The notes below the pieces were generated by a model. That model saw only the letters and a program-made list of their open reading frames with translations. It had not been told where the DNA came from and ran no database searches. A program made the translations under genes and the position numbers. A stretch of 64,000 bases of DNA from Chloroflexota bacterium (GTDB lineage: Bacteria; Chloroflexota; Dehalococcoidia; JACQUA01): NCBI GenBank assembly GCA_016210565.1, contig JACQUA010000300.1, forward strand, positions 264 to 64,263, in the 5' to 3' direction. Within the stretch, counting starts at the first letter, position 1. Each line of letters opens with the position of its first letter. Below are positions 1 to 10,010 of the stretch, piece after piece.

Positions 1-1011
1 GGGGTCCAACTGCCCTCCCATAATGCCCTCCAGGTTGTGAAGGCTCAACCCGACGCGGTGGTCGGTGAGCCGGTCCTGCAGGAAGTTATAGGTTCGGATC
101 TTCTCGGAACGGTCGCCGGTGCCGAGCTGGGAACGGCGTTCCCGGGCCAGTTCTTCTTCCTTCTTGCGCTCCTGGAGGTCCTTCAAACGCGCGCGCAGCA
201 CGGCCATGGCCTTGATGCGGTTCTTGAGCTGGGAGCGTTCATCCTGGCAAACGGCGACAATGCCTGTCGGGAGATGCGTGATGCGCACCGCCGTTTCCAC
301 TTTGTTTACGTTCTGGCCGCCGGCGCCGCTGCTGTGGAAGAAGTCCATCTTCAAATCGTCCGGGTTGATGTCCACTTCCACCTCTTCCGCCTCAGGCAGG
401 ACGGCGACCGTAGCGGTGGAGGTGTGTATCCGGCCCGAAGCCTCGGTCACGGGGACCCGCTGTACGCGGTGAACGCCCCTTTCGTACTTCAGGCGGCTGA
501 AGGCCCCCTTGCCTCTGACCTCAAAGACGATTTCCTTGACGCCGCCGAGGTCCCCCGGACTGCGGTCAATGACCTCGGTGGACCAGCCTTTGGCTGTGCC
601 GTACCGCGCGTACATGCGGTACAGGTCCGCGGCGAAGATGCCGGCCTCGTTGCCGCCCGCGCCGGCCCTGACCTCGACGATGACGTCTTTCTCGTCGTTG
701 GGGTCCCTGGGCAGCAGCGCCTGCTTGATGTCCTGGAGGAGGGACTCTTTCTTGCCTTCGAGGGTCTTGATTTCATCCCTGACCAGGGCCAGCATTTCCG
801 GGTCGAGGCCATCGCCCAGCATGGCCCCGGTCTTCTCCAGGCTTTCGATGGTAGTCCTGTACTGGCGGTAGAGGGAAACGAGATGGTCCAGCGAGGCGCG
901 CTCTTTGGCCAGGGCCTGGAGGCGGGGGAGGTCCGTGGCCACCTCCGGCTGGGCCATGAGCCGTTCGAGATCCTCGTATCTATTTTGTACCGAATGTAAT
1001 TTGTCTATCAT
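1..1011 (-). CDS. prfA: peptide chain release factor 1; C-terminal ~20 aa lie beyond the window start
   Basis: The minus-strand frame is open from ATG 1011-1009 to position 1 (337 codons). It is absent from the ORF track because no stop falls in the window. Translation begins [18 protein letters not shown]. The GGQ loop [10 protein letters not shown] is encoded by the reverse complement of ~301-330. It has an RF1-type PxT tripeptide ([14 protein letters not shown]) and no prfB-like frameshift. Confidence 0.9.
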   Translation of the reverse strand, partial: MIDKLHSVQNRYEDLERLMAQPEVATDLPRLQALAKERASLDHLVSLYRQYRTTIESLEKTGAMLGDGLDPEMLALVRDEIKTLEGKKESLLQDIKQALLPRDPNDEKDVIVEVRAGAGGNEAGIFAADLYRMYARYGTAKGWSTEVIDRSPGDLGGVKEIVFEVRGKGAFSRLKYERGVHRVQRVPVTEASGRIHTSTATVAVLPEAEEVEVDINPDDLKMDFFHSSGAGGQNVNKVETAVRITHLPTGIVAVCQDERSQLKNRIKAMAVLRARLKDLQERKKEEELARERRSQLGTGDRSEKIRTYNFLQDRLTDHRVGLSLHNLEGIMGGQLDP

Positions 1012-1211
1012 GGTGTTTGGCGCCCCTGTGACAAAGGGACACAGGGGCCGCAGGAAGAACATGAAATACTGTGTAAATTATATCAGAAAAGGCCGGGCCT
1101 TTGCTGCGGGCGAGGCGCTTAACCCCGCCCTACGCCTCCTGGTGGGTTCCGCGCAGCCGCCCCACCCCGATTTCCCCACCGGTCTGCGCTTCACCCACCC
1201 TACGCCCCGGG

Positions 1212-1467
1212 GGTAGGCGGCAGCGTGCCGCTACGGTTGGGGGACAGGCAGGGACGCCTGTCCTACCGGGCGCGTGCAACGTGCCGCTACGGTTGGCGGA
1301 CAGGCAGGGACGCCTGTCCTACCGATGGACAGGCAGGGACGCCTGTCCTACCGATGGACAGGCAGGGACGCCTGTCCTACCGATGGACAGGCAGGGACGC
1401 CTGTCCTACTGATGGACAGGCAGGGACGCCTGTCCTACCGGGCACGCGGCAGCGTGCCGCTACGGGG
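1212..1467 (-). repeat. REP-like hairpin cluster (BIME-like) with five tandem 29-nt units
   Basis: GGACAGGCAGGGACGCCTGTCCTACC starts at 1242, 1298, 1327, 1356, 1385 and 1414; the last five are tandem with a 29-nt period. These are interleaved with CGGCAGCGTGCCGCTACGG hairpins at ~1218, ~1274 and ~1447. Read on the minus strand, each unit starts GGTAG or CGTAG. Confidence 0.85.
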
Positions 1468-1479
1468 TGGTGCTGCTCG

Positions 1480-1503
1480 CTACTCACTACTCACTACTCG
1501 CTA
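1480..1503 (-). repeat. heptamer array placing TAG in all three frames at a gene end
   Basis: Plus-strand cta triplets occur at 1480, 1487, 1494 and 1501, a 7-nt period. On the minus strand this reads GTAGCGA GTAGTGA GTAGTGA GTAGCGA. The TAG at 1503-1501 is the permease stop codon. Confidence 0.8.
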
Positions 1504-2267
1504 CTTTATCAGGCGTTGTTTCATTTTCCAGAGCGCCAGGTAGAAGAAGGCCAGCGCCAGGGCCAGCATGTAGGCGGCCTGGTAAATGAAAGAAAGCTCG
1601 AACTGGCCGTTCATGACGCCCCGGGCCAGGTGTATCGTCGGGGTAAGGGGGAAGAAGCCGGCGATTACCCCGAAGAAAGGGGGGACGTTGGTCAAGGGGA
1701 AGAAGACGCCTCCGAAAAAGAACATCGGCGTGATGAACAGGGTGTAGTAATAGCCGAAGGAGGTGATGGACGGGGCAATGGAGGTAAAGAACATGGCCAT
1801 GGAGCCGAACATGAATCCTGACAGGACGGACAACGGCAGGACGAGCAACGCCCAGGGGGTCGCCACCAGGCGGAACAGCGTCAGGATGAGCAGGATAGCC
1901 GCGGCGGTTATCAGGGAGCGGGTGGTGGCCCACAGGATTTCGCCGCCAATGACGTCTTCGATATTGACCGGCGTGGCGATGATGGCGTCGAAGGTGCGCT
2001 GGTGCTCCATGCGAATGAAGGTGCTGTAGGTGCATTCAAAGGTGGCCGAAAACATGGCATAGCTGGCCAGGATGCCTGCCCCGATAAACTGGAGATAGGT
2101 CTGGCCGGAAATCAGCCCCACCAGTCCTCCCAGGCCCAGGCCCATGGCCAGCAGGACGACCACCGGTTCGGCCAACGCCGAGGCGAACTCGGTCTTCCAC
2201 AGCCGGAAGAAGACATCGCGGTCCCTCTCCCAGACGTGGAGGGCGCGGTAGGACACCCTTTCGACCC

Positions 2268-2271
<4 letters not shown>
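1501..2271 (-). CDS. ABC-2 type transporter permease (Wzm/NodJ/DrrB-like)
   Basis: This is a 256-aa ORF with about six hydrophobic segments. It is translationally coupled to the upstream ATPase gene by a 4-nt overlap at 2268-2271. Confidence 0.8.
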
Positions 2272-3185
<914 letters not shown>

Positions 3186-3242
3186 GGTTTGTCTCCAGGG
3201 GATAGCGCCGGGGAGAATTATAGCATTTTGCGGCTGGTTCAT

Positions 3243-3491
3243 GGGGTGTAGTGCATGGCTTTAGCCTTGCTGGGGGTGGGGTGACCAACGTAGCGACAGG
3301 GCTTGCCCCCGTCGTTGTCTGGTTGCAGGTCGGGGTTTCGACACCCGCCAGAGGTGCCGCTACGGTTGTTGGACAGGCAGGGACGCCCGCCCCACCGGGC
3401 ACGCGGCAGCGTGCCGCTACGGGGCGGGGTTGCTACTGGCTAACGGCTACTTGCTACTGTGCCACCACCCCCGCAGGCTAAAGACCTGCGG
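3243..3491 (-). repeat. REP-like hairpin cluster plus GTAGC heptamer array
   Basis: It contains a degenerate GGACAGGCAGGGACGCCC unit (3371), CGGCAGCGTGCCGCTACGG (~3405), and GTAGCCGCAGGTCTTTAGCCTGCGG (rc of 3468-3500). Plus-strand cta triplets occur at 3433, 3440, 3447 and 3454 with a 7-nt period. Confidence 0.8.
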
Positions 3492-3992
3492 CTACGCCCC
3501 CTTCTTTCCCAGGTAGATTTCCCTTGCCAGGGCCTGGCCCTGGGGGGTCTGGAAGACCTTTTCGATCACCCTTTCCAGCCGGGCGGGGTCTTTGAAGTCG
3601 TATTCGTCCTTCAGATTGACCAGCCAGTCCGCATCGTAGAGCACCTGGAAATTTCGGGTGGTGATGACGCCGGGGCTGTGGTGGTGGGCGATTATGTCGC
3701 AGATTTCGGCCACCTTGTCCGGGACGAAACCCAGGCGTTCCAGGATCGGCCTGGCCACGGCCGGCCCTTCCATTTCCTGGTATTTCCCGGCGGTGGAGCC
3801 GTGTTTGCGTTCCGCTTCATGGATGCCGATATCGTGGAGGACGCCCGCGGCGACGCACACGGCATAGTCCGTTTCTTCGTCCAGCAATTGCTCGACGTAA
3901 CCCGTCACCTTTTTGGCGTGGCGGATGCGTCTTTCATCCGGGCCGAAGTAAGTCTCCATGGCGTAGATGAGTTTCGTCTTCAGGTCTTCCAA
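3492..3992 (-). CDS. HD-domain metal-dependent phosphohydrolase
   Basis: 166 aa with LHDIG and IIAHHH motifs. It is the last gene of the Rrf2-YgbA-HD operon. The final codons KGA plus TAG lie inside a repeat element. Confidence 0.7.
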   Translation of the reverse strand: MEDLKTKLIYAMETYFGPDERRIRHAKKVTGYVEQLLDEETDYAVCVAAGVLHDIGIHEAERKHGSTAGKYQEMEGPAVARPILERLGFVPDKVAEICDIIAHHHSPGVITTRNFQVLYDADWLVNLKDEYDFKDPARLERVIEKVFQTPQGQALAREIYLGKKGA

Positions 3993-4019
3993 ATCTTTAC
4001 CCTCGTTGCGAAAGCGTGT

Positions 4020-4045
4020 GGACAGGCAGGGACGCCTGTCCTACC
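4020..4045 (-). repeat. single REP-like hairpin
   Basis: GGACAGGCAGGGACGCCTGTCCTACC sits directly downstream of the ygbA-like stop. The minus strand reads TAG CC GGTAGGACAGGC. Confidence 0.85.
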
Positions 4046-4047
4046 GG

Positions 4048-4425
4048 CTACTTCAAAAAGTAATGGGCGGCGATATCCAGTCTTCCGTGTTTGATCAGGT
4101 ACATGCCGGAGAATTTCATTACCTGGCGAATTTGTTGCTGGTAGAAGGGAGCGTAGCAGTGGGTCTCGCACTTCTTGCACATCGGTTTGGGATCGTAGGG
4201 GCACATCAGGAGCTTGACCACGCCGTGGGTGAGCAGCTTGTGACAGTTGGGGCAAAGCTGGAGCTGGTCCAGGGACAGGAAGGATGACAGGTCGACGGTC
4301 TTGACGGAAAAAGGCAGTTTCGCGGCGTCCTTGTGGTTCTCGCGGCAGAAAATGGAGACGAATTCCGTGAGGGTCTTGATGTCTTTTTGTCTTTTAGCAT
4401 CCAGCTTTCCGGCTAACTTCGACAT
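4048..4425 (-). CDS. ygbA: nitrous oxide-stimulated promoter family protein (YgbA-like)
   Basis: 125 aa with a Cys-rich pattern (CPNCHKLL...CPYDPKPMCKKCETHCYAP) that matches my memory of E. coli YgbA. It sits directly downstream of an Rrf2 regulator. Confidence 0.7.
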   Translation of the reverse strand: MSKLAGKLDAKRQKDIKTLTEFVSIFCRENHKDAAKLPFSVKTVDLSSFLSLDQLQLCPNCHKLLTHGVVKLLMCPYDPKPMCKKCETHCYAPFYQQQIRQVMKFSGMYLIKHGRLDIAAHYFLK

Positions 4426-4429
4426 GGTA

Positions 4430-4828
4430 TTATCCTTCGTTGATGAGGTCCCGGATGGTGGCGCCGGCGAAGACGGCCAGCATCTTCTCCTGGGCTTCCT
4501 CGATCTTCCGGCTCAGGAGGCAGTTCTTGATGGGGCAGTGGTTTCCGTCCCGGAAACACACCGCGATGGCGGTGGGACCGTCAACCAGTTCGATGATTTC
4601 CTTGAGGGTGATTTCTTCCGGGGGCCTGGCGAGCTGAATTCCCCCGCCTCTGCCCAGGGAGGTCTTGACATAGCCGCCGCGGGAGAGGGTCTGGACGACT
4701 TTTTCCAGGTGGTTTAGCGGAACGCCCAGATGCCGGCTCAGGGCGTTGCTGGTGGTCCTGGCCTGGTGGGAACCGAGATGCATGAGCGTCCGCAACGAAT
4801 AGTCGCTGGCCCGGGTCATTCTTAACAT
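4430..4828 (-). CDS. Rrf2-family transcriptional regulator, NsrR/IscR-like with three Cys ligands
   Basis: 132 aa with an N-terminal wHTH (SDYSLRTLMHLG...). The Cys cluster CFRDGNHCPIKNC is typical of Fe-S Rrf2 proteins. Confidence 0.85.
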   Translation of the reverse strand: MLRMTRASDYSLRTLMHLGSHQARTTSNALSRHLGVPLNHLEKVVQTLSRGGYVKTSLGRGGGIQLARPPEEITLKEIIELVDGPTAIAVCFRDGNHCPIKNCLLSRKIEEAQEKMLAVFAGATIRDLINEG

Positions 4829-4847
4829 GGCGCGTCTTTGTCTCTAT

Positions 4848-4887
4848 AAGTGGTAAGAAATATACCACTTTTGTGATTTGATTGCAA
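4848..4887 (-). promoter_or_regulatory. sigma70-like promoter with overlapping 23-bp palindromic operator
   Basis: On the minus strand: TTGCAA (4887-4882), a 17-nt spacer, then TATATT (4864-4859), about 30 nt upstream of the Rrf2 ATG. The palindrome AAGTGGTA-N7-TACCACTT (4848-4870) overlaps the -10. It has the 11-1-11 geometry known for NsrR/IscR sites. Confidence 0.55.
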
Positions 4888-4924
4888 GCCCCGCGCAGGG
4901 AGGGCATTTCGTCGCCAGTACAAT

Positions 4925-4970
4925 GTAGGGTGGTTAAGTCCCGATGGCCATCGGGACTTAACCACCCTAC
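4925..4970. repeat. perfect 46-bp palindrome (GTAGGGTGG head family)
   Basis: GTAGGGTGGTTAAGTCCCGATGG is followed directly by CCATCGGGACTTAACCACCCTAC. It lies in the divergent region between the Rrf2 gene and the 5050 gene. Confidence 0.9.
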
Positions 4971-5049
4971 GCGGCTACGGGGCCTTCCAGCGTCTGAGTT
5001 GCACACATTCACAGTGTAAAGTATACTGCCTCCGGACTGGTGAGTTCCC

Positions 5050-6402
5050 ATGGTCTTTGTCCTCATCACAGCTATCTTCGTCCTCGGTTTCATCAACAGG
5101 GCTTTTCACCTTTTCCGTCACCCCTGGGTGGGCGTCGATACCTTCCGGCACCTCTGGCTGGCCAGGGAAATAGGGAACACCGGCCGGCTGCCCAGGATGC
5201 TCTGGGGCTATCCCCACGTTCAACCAAACAACCTGCCTCCCTTTGCCGACGTCTTTCTGGCGGTCTGGCCGGAGAAGCTTCACCGGCGGTTGCAGTACCT
5301 CGCGCCCGGCCTTGACGTGGTGAGCGGCCTGATAATCCTTGCCGCCAGCGTGCCGGCCTTTGGTCTCGAAACAGCCGCGGTGGCCACGGCCTTCTATTTC
5401 TTGACGCCGATTGCCAGGGACAACCATTATTTGCTGGGTTCCCGCGCCTTCGGCAATACGCTGCTGGTGGCTACCCTGTTCCCTCTGTTCATTTATTATC
5501 AGACTTCGTGGCCTCCGGTCCTGATCATTGCCTCCGTTTTTGCTGCGCTGGTCATTCTGACGGACCGTCTGGCGCTGCAGAGCCTGGCCGCCGTTCTTAC
5601 CGGTTTGACCATCGGCCTCGGATCGCCGGCGCCCTTGGCGGTGCTGCTCATGGGTCTGGCGATGGCTTTTGTTTTTACCAAAGGCTACCTGGTGCGCACG
5701 CTGAAAGGGCATTTTGAATTCGTGGCTTTCATCGCGAGGAGAATCGGAGACCCCGGAACCAGAGCGGTCCTGCCCGGAGTATTTCCCAATCCCCTGTTGT
5801 ACCTGTTCAACGCCCCGCTGCTGGCCCTTGTCCCCTTCGTCTTTTCGCACGGTGGGACCATCGAAGTGGACTTCTTCCTTGTCTGGACGCTGTCTGTGGT
5901 GGTGCTGACGGTTCTCTGGGTCTTCGGCGAAGGCTACCGGCACCTGGCCCATGCGGCGCCGGCTTTCAGTATCCTGGCGGCGGCTTATTTCGTGAACAAC
6001 CAGGCCCATTGGGCGCTGGCGGGCTTTCTGGCGGTTTGTGCGGCTTTCACCGCAGTGAAAATCTACCGGGTGGAAAGGGAAAAGACGGCCTTTGTGTCGG
6101 AAGACCTGGTCGGGGCCTTCCGGTATGTGAAAGAGCAGTGCCGCCCCGCGGACGTCGTACTCTGTCTGCCGCTGGGAATGTCCCCGGCATGCTTTTACTT
6201 TTCAGGGCGCCGTGTCCTCTGGTCGGGAGGGGCGGAGGGGATGGTCTTTAACCGGACGGTCCTGCATCGAAAGGTTAAAGACAACAGGATAGACGAACTG
6301 GTGGGCGAATACGGGATAAAATGGATAGTAGCGGCGGATGGGCGGGAGATTCCCGGCAAGACTGTTTTTTCGGCAGGAGAGGCGAAGGTCAACAGGGTTT
6401 GA
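5050..6402 (+). CDS. polytopic membrane protein, possibly a GT-C type glycosyltransferase or polymerase
   Basis: 450 aa with about 10 or more hydrophobic helices followed by a ~110-aa soluble C-terminal domain. I recognise no diagnostic motif. The function is guessed from topology and proximity to the glycan cluster. Confidence 0.5.
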   Translation: MVFVLITAIFVLGFINRAFHLFRHPWVGVDTFRHLWLAREIGNTGRLPRMLWGYPHVQPNNLPPFADVFLAVWPEKLHRRLQYLAPGLDVVSGLIILAASVPAFGLETAAVATAFYFLTPIARDNHYLLGSRAFGNTLLVATLFPLFIYYQTSWPPVLIIASVFAALVILTDRLALQSLAAVLTGLTIGLGSPAPLAVLLMGLAMAFVFTKGYLVRTLKGHFEFVAFIARRIGDPGTRAVLPGVFPNPLLYLFNAPLLALVPFVFSHGGTIEVDFFLVWTLSVVVLTVLWVFGEGYRHLAHAAPAFSILAAAYFVNNQAHWALAGFLAVCAAFTAVKIYRVEREKTAFVSEDLVGAFRYVKEQCRPADVVLCLPLGMSPACFYFSGRRVLWSGGAEGMVFNRTVLHRKVKDNRIDELVGEYGIKWIVAADGREIPGKTVFSAGEAKVNRV

Positions 6403-6554
6403 TGATTTGGATCACAGCGCAAAACTAGGGAACGCTACGTATTACCGTCACCGGGTGTGTCTGCTATACTGATGATGGATCAGTATGGCCGGGACTCCGG
6501 GATACAACCTTGACTTGCGGAGTCACTCCGGATTGCAGAACTCGGGAGGGCAAC

Positions 6555-6884
6555 ATGAGCTACTACATGGTACAGGTGACTTACAAGCCGGAAACCTGGG
6601 CAACGCTGATAAAGAGCCCCCAGAACCGCGTCGACGCGGTGCGGCCCGCGGTGGAGGAACTCGGCGGCGCCATTCACGGCGCCTGGTTCACTTTCGGGGA
6701 GTACGACGTGGTGGCCATTCTGCAATTGCCTGACAACGTCAGCGCCGCCGCCCTGTCCATGGCTTTTTCAGCCGGGGGCGCCTCGACGGCTGTCGTGACA
6801 ACACCGCTGCTGACAGTCGAGGAGTGGATAGAAGCGATGCAAAAGGCCGGGAAGATAGGGTACCGTCCGCCACTGATATCCTGA
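6555..6884 (+). CDS. GYD-domain protein
   Basis: MSYYMVQVTYKPETWATLI...GEYDVVAILQLPDN matches the GYD family pattern. GGGAGGG (6545-6550) precedes the ATG at 6555. The track ORF starts earlier, at 6510. Confidence 0.7.
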   Translation: MSYYMVQVTYKPETWATLIKSPQNRVDAVRPAVEELGGAIHGAWFTFGEYDVVAILQLPDNVSAAALSMAFSAGGASTAVVTTPLLTVEEWIEAMQKAGKIGYRPPLIS

Positions 6885-7000
6885 GCCGGACAAGCCCTGT
6901 CGCTATGGCAATTACAGCCTGACGACCGGGTGATGGGTTCGCACAGCCGCCCACCGTCCCCGTCCCCCCTCTGTGCTTAACCCACCCTGCACGGTTTTGC

Positions 7001-7048
7001 GCAGGCGGGGACGCCCGTGCTACCGGTGCGGGGACGCCCGTGCTACCG
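7001..7048 (-). repeat. two tandem 23-nt REP-like units overlapping a gene 3' end
   Basis: The minus strand reads CCGGTAGCACGGGCGTCCCCGCA twice. The first copy is read through as PVARASPH. The TAG of the second copy (7022-7020) is the GT4 stop codon. Confidence 0.8.
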
Positions 7049-8207
7049 GTGGTAAGCAGCTACGGTAGAGCGCTTCGTAGTTCTCCACGTTCTTTTCCAG
7101 GGACAGATTGGCTTTGACCCTCTCCCTGCCTTCCGCGGCTTTCTTGCGGGCCTCATCCGGGTTGTCGATGATGTACTGTATCAAGTTTGCCAGTTCGGTC
7201 TTGTTCTGGTACTCTACCAGGTAGCCGGCGTCGTACTTCCGGACATCTTCGCCGGCGCCGGTGTGTTTGGTCACGATGATGGGCGCGCCGCACAGCAACG
7301 CTTCAAAGGGCACCCAGGCGCCCTGTTCAATTACGGAAGTCTGCACCAGGACGTCGGCGTCCACGAAAGCTGACAGCTTGTCGCTCCCGTCCAGGAAGCC
7401 GGTGAAGAGGACCTTCTCCGGGAGGTTCAGGTTCTTTATGAGTTGTTCCAGCTTTGTCTTGTGGCCGTCGTCAGGGCCGACGATTACGAGCCTCACATCA
7501 TCCCGGGATTTTACCAGTTCGCCAAAGGATTCCACCAGGAAGTCCACTCCCTTGACCCAGTGTATTCTGCCCAGGAACAGGACGACGTGCTTTTCCTTTA
7601 TCCCGTACTTGTCTCTGAAAACTCCCCGGGCGGGCAGCCGCGAGAACTCCTGGATGGAGAACGATGGCGGCACTTTGACTATTTTGCCCTGGTCCAGTCC
7701 CAGTTCCTTGTATTCGCTGACTCCCACGTCCGTCTCGGCCACCAGTTTGCAGGCGTTCCGGAAGACGTTGTTGCCATAGGCTATGTCGAAGAGCCACTTG
7801 AGCAGATACTTGAACCCTTTTCTCCCGCCGACGACCCTGGGGGTCGAGCCGTGGGCGTCCAGTACATAGGGGACTCCATATTTCCCGGCGTAACGTTGTA
7901 TCAATATGTTCTGGTAGCTCCGGGCCACGTGAAGGTGCACAACATCGAACTCCCTGAGGTGGTCCCGGACCGCCCGGGCCATCTCCGGCATGAAGAAGAA
8001 CCCGCCCATGGTCAACCGGAGGTGAAAAAGGTGCACCTTCACGCCCTTCAAGGAATTCGCATAGTTCTGGTCGAGCTCGAAGTCGCTGGCGTAGATGGAT
8101 ACTTCGTGCCCTCTGGCGGCCTGGGCCTGGCACAAGCGGTAGAGCAGCGTTACTGTGCCGCCACCCCTGGCGGGAGAAAAGTAATCGAAGACATGAAGGA
8201 TTTTCAT
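7020..8207 (-). CDS. glycosyltransferase family 4 (GT-B, group 1)
   Basis: 395 aa. The N-terminus MKILHVFDYFSPARGGG and the C-terminal EQGAWVPFEALLCGAPII (E-x7-E region) are typical of GT4. Confidence 0.85.
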   Translation of the reverse strand: MKILHVFDYFSPARGGGTVTLLYRLCQAQAARGHEVSIYASDFELDQNYANSLKGVKVHLFHLRLTMGGFFFMPEMARAVRDHLREFDVVHLHVARSYQNILIQRYAGKYGVPYVLDAHGSTPRVVGGRKGFKYLLKWLFDIAYGNNVFRNACKLVAETDVGVSEYKELGLDQGKIVKVPPSFSIQEFSRLPARGVFRDKYGIKEKHVVLFLGRIHWVKGVDFLVESFGELVKSRDDVRLVIVGPDDGHKTKLEQLIKNLNLPEKVLFTGFLDGSDKLSAFVDADVLVQTSVIEQGAWVPFEALLCGAPIIVTKHTGAGEDVRKYDAGYLVEYQNKTELANLIQYIIDNPDEARKKAAEGRERVKANLSLEKNVENYEALYRSCLPPVARASPHR

Positions 8208-8355
8208 AGAGAAGCCCCGGAGAAATCAAACATCCAAAAATCAAAGTGCAAAATGACAAATCAAAAGTCAAAAAACGGCGGGATCTTGCTGCCCTCGCGG
8301 AGGGGCTTCTTCAATCCCCCTTAATCCCCCTTTGAAAAAGGGGGAGAGGTGCTTT

Positions 8356-8455
8356 GGACAGGCAGGGACGCCCAGGCTTTGGACAGGCAGGGGCGCCCAG
8401 GCTTTGGACAGGCAGGGGCGCCCAGGCTTTGGACAGGCAGGGACGCCTGTCCTAC
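8356..8455 (-). repeat. four tandem 25-nt REP-like units
   Basis: GGACAGGCAGGG(A/G)CGCCCAGGCTTT starts at 8356, 8381 and 8406. A perfect hairpin unit spans 8431-8455. Its minus-strand GTAG head supplies the rSAM stop codon (8454-8452). Confidence 0.85.
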
Positions 8456-9888
8456 TGAAAGATAGACCTGGCCTTGCCGGCCAGTTCCACCAGTTGGGCC
8501 TTGTTGCGCACCGATACCAGGACCTTGGCCGTCTCTTTCCAGAAGCGGGGATTGACAAGGTAATATTTGCCGAATCTCTTCTGAATGTAAAACTCCCGGA
8601 ACGCCTTCTTGTCGTAGGCGACCAGGTCCGCGTTAGAGCAATCACGGGTGAGGTTGGCATTGACGTGGACGCTCCATTCCTTCTGTTCGCCCTTCCGGAC
8701 ACCATCGATGAGTCCTTTTTCCATGGCCTGGTCGTACAGTTCGGTGCCGAAAAGGGGTGTGGTTACGGAGAAGCCATAGAAGTCCAGGTTGAGCTCCCTG
8801 GCAAAGGCGAAAGTCTGTTCGATGCTGGCCCTGGTTTCGCCGAGCATCCCTATCATGAAATAGCCGGCGACGTGAAGTCCGGCTTCCTTTGTCCACTGCA
8901 CCACGTCTCGTATCTGATCGAGTTTGGTGTTTTTCTTCATCGCTTCCAGAACCTGCTGGTTGCCGGATTCAATGCCGTAGCAGATGCCCACGCAGCCCGC
9001 GTCACGCATGGCCTGCAACAGCGGCCGGGTCATGAGGTTCACGCGCCCGTTGCAGTACCAGATTACCTTCATGTTCGAGGCATTCAACAGCCGGCAGAAC
9101 TCGAAAACCCTCTCCCGGTTGAGGACGAAGGTGTCATCGTTGAACAGGAAACCGTTCACCCCGTACTGGCTGTAGAGCAGTTTCATTTCTTCAACGATAT
9201 TGGCGGCGCTTCGCGCCCGCCACTTGTGGCCCCACATGTCTTTGAAACAGAAGGTGCAACTGTAAGGGCATCCGCGGCTGCTGATGAGGTTGGTGCTGCG
9301 GACCTTCCCGAACCCTTTGAGGTTGAAACCCCAGGCCGCGAAATGGTTCCTGAGATACAGGTTCATCTTCAGAAAATGCCTGGCAGGGAATGGAATCGCA
9401 TCCAGGTCGTTTATGGGGTCAGCCCTGCCTGTCAGGGTAACGTTCCCGTTATCTCTATAGGCAATGCCTTTTATGACAGAGAGGTCGCCCCGGTCCATCA
9501 GGGCCGGGACCAACCTGGCTATGGTATTTTCGCCTTCTCCGATGACAATTACGTCGGCCCGGGAAACGCGCAGCAACTCTTCGGGGATGGTGGTGGCCAT
9601 TGGGCCGCCCAGGACGACTTTTGTTTCCGGGGCATTCTTCTTGACCAGATCGACCAGTCGGAGGATTTCTTTATGTTCCGTCAGCATGCCGGTTATACCT
9701 ACAATGCCGGCATTCCCGACTTGTTTCAGGATATCCGCATCCTTCATGTTCTCGACGTTCAGGTCGAGGACTTGCACCTCGTGGCCGTGGCGTTCCAGGA
9801 CTCCGGCAATATAGCTAATTCCGAGCGGCACGTACACGTTGGTGCTGGCCGTCTTGAGCCTGGGGTTGATCAATACTATGTTAGGCAT
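8452..9888 (-). CDS. B12-binding domain radical SAM protein
   Basis: 478 aa. The N-terminal Rossmann-like B12-binding region is IVLINPRL...GISYIAGVLERHGHEVQVLDLN. The CX3CX2C motif is SSRGCPYSCTFC. Confidence 0.85.
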   Translation of the reverse strand: MPNIVLINPRLKTASTNVYVPLGISYIAGVLERHGHEVQVLDLNVENMKDADILKQVGNAGIVGITGMLTEHKEILRLVDLVKKNAPETKVVLGGPMATTIPEELLRVSRADVIVIGEGENTIARLVPALMDRGDLSVIKGIAYRDNGNVTLTGRADPINDLDAIPFPARHFLKMNLYLRNHFAAWGFNLKGFGKVRSTNLISSRGCPYSCTFCFKDMWGHKWRARSAANIVEEMKLLYSQYGVNGFLFNDDTFVLNRERVFEFCRLLNASNMKVIWYCNGRVNLMTRPLLQAMRDAGCVGICYGIESGNQQVLEAMKKNTKLDQIRDVVQWTKEAGLHVAGYFMIGMLGETRASIEQTFAFARELNLDFYGFSVTTPLFGTELYDQAMEKGLIDGVRKGEQKEWSVHVNANLTRDCSNADLVAYDKKAFREFYIQKRFGKYYLVNPRFWKETAKVLVSVRNKAQLVELAGKARSIFQ

Positions 9889-9985
9889 GGAAAGAGAATG
9901 ACGCCCCCCGACTTGATCGGGGGCGAATGACGAATCATCCTCGGTGCTTGGTCGCCGGTCGCCATGAAGGATGAAAACAACGGCT

Positions 9986-10010
9986 CACAGGCACGGAGGC
10001 ATGTGGTACC
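9986..10010. repeat. GTAC-headed hairpin (CACAGGC family)
   Basis: The sequence is CACAGGCACGGAGGCATGTGGTACC. The same family occurs at 12153, 27039, 42020, 42164, 44281 and 44427. Confidence 0.8.

Noticed and set aside
37-999. 320-aa plus-strand ORF at the left edge.
   Set aside because: It is antisense to prfA. The reverse strand encodes an unmistakable RF1 with the GGQ motif. This ORF's Ala/Gly/Val/Leu-rich product is typical of antisense frames in GC-rich DNA.
1298-1439. Five evenly spaced 29-nt repeats that could be mistaken for a CRISPR array.
   Set aside because: The units are directly abutting, so there are no spacers. Each is a self-complementary hairpin. The same unit occurs singly at many intergenic sites, and no cas genes or leader are present.
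1101-1821. Three overlapping plus-strand ORFs encoding GQAGTPVLP/DRQGRLSY repeats.
   Set aside because: They are read-through of the hairpin array on its stop-free strand. They overlap each other in all three frames and also overlap the permease gene.
4975-6009. 344-aa minus-strand ORF rich in Arg, Gln, Gly and Asp.
   Set aside because: It is antisense to the hydrophobic 450-aa membrane protein gene, has no recognisable motif, and has low-complexity composition.
8332-9930. 532-aa plus-strand ORF.
   Set aside because: It is antisense to the B12-radical SAM gene, which has clear catalytic motifs. The ORF also starts inside the hairpin array.
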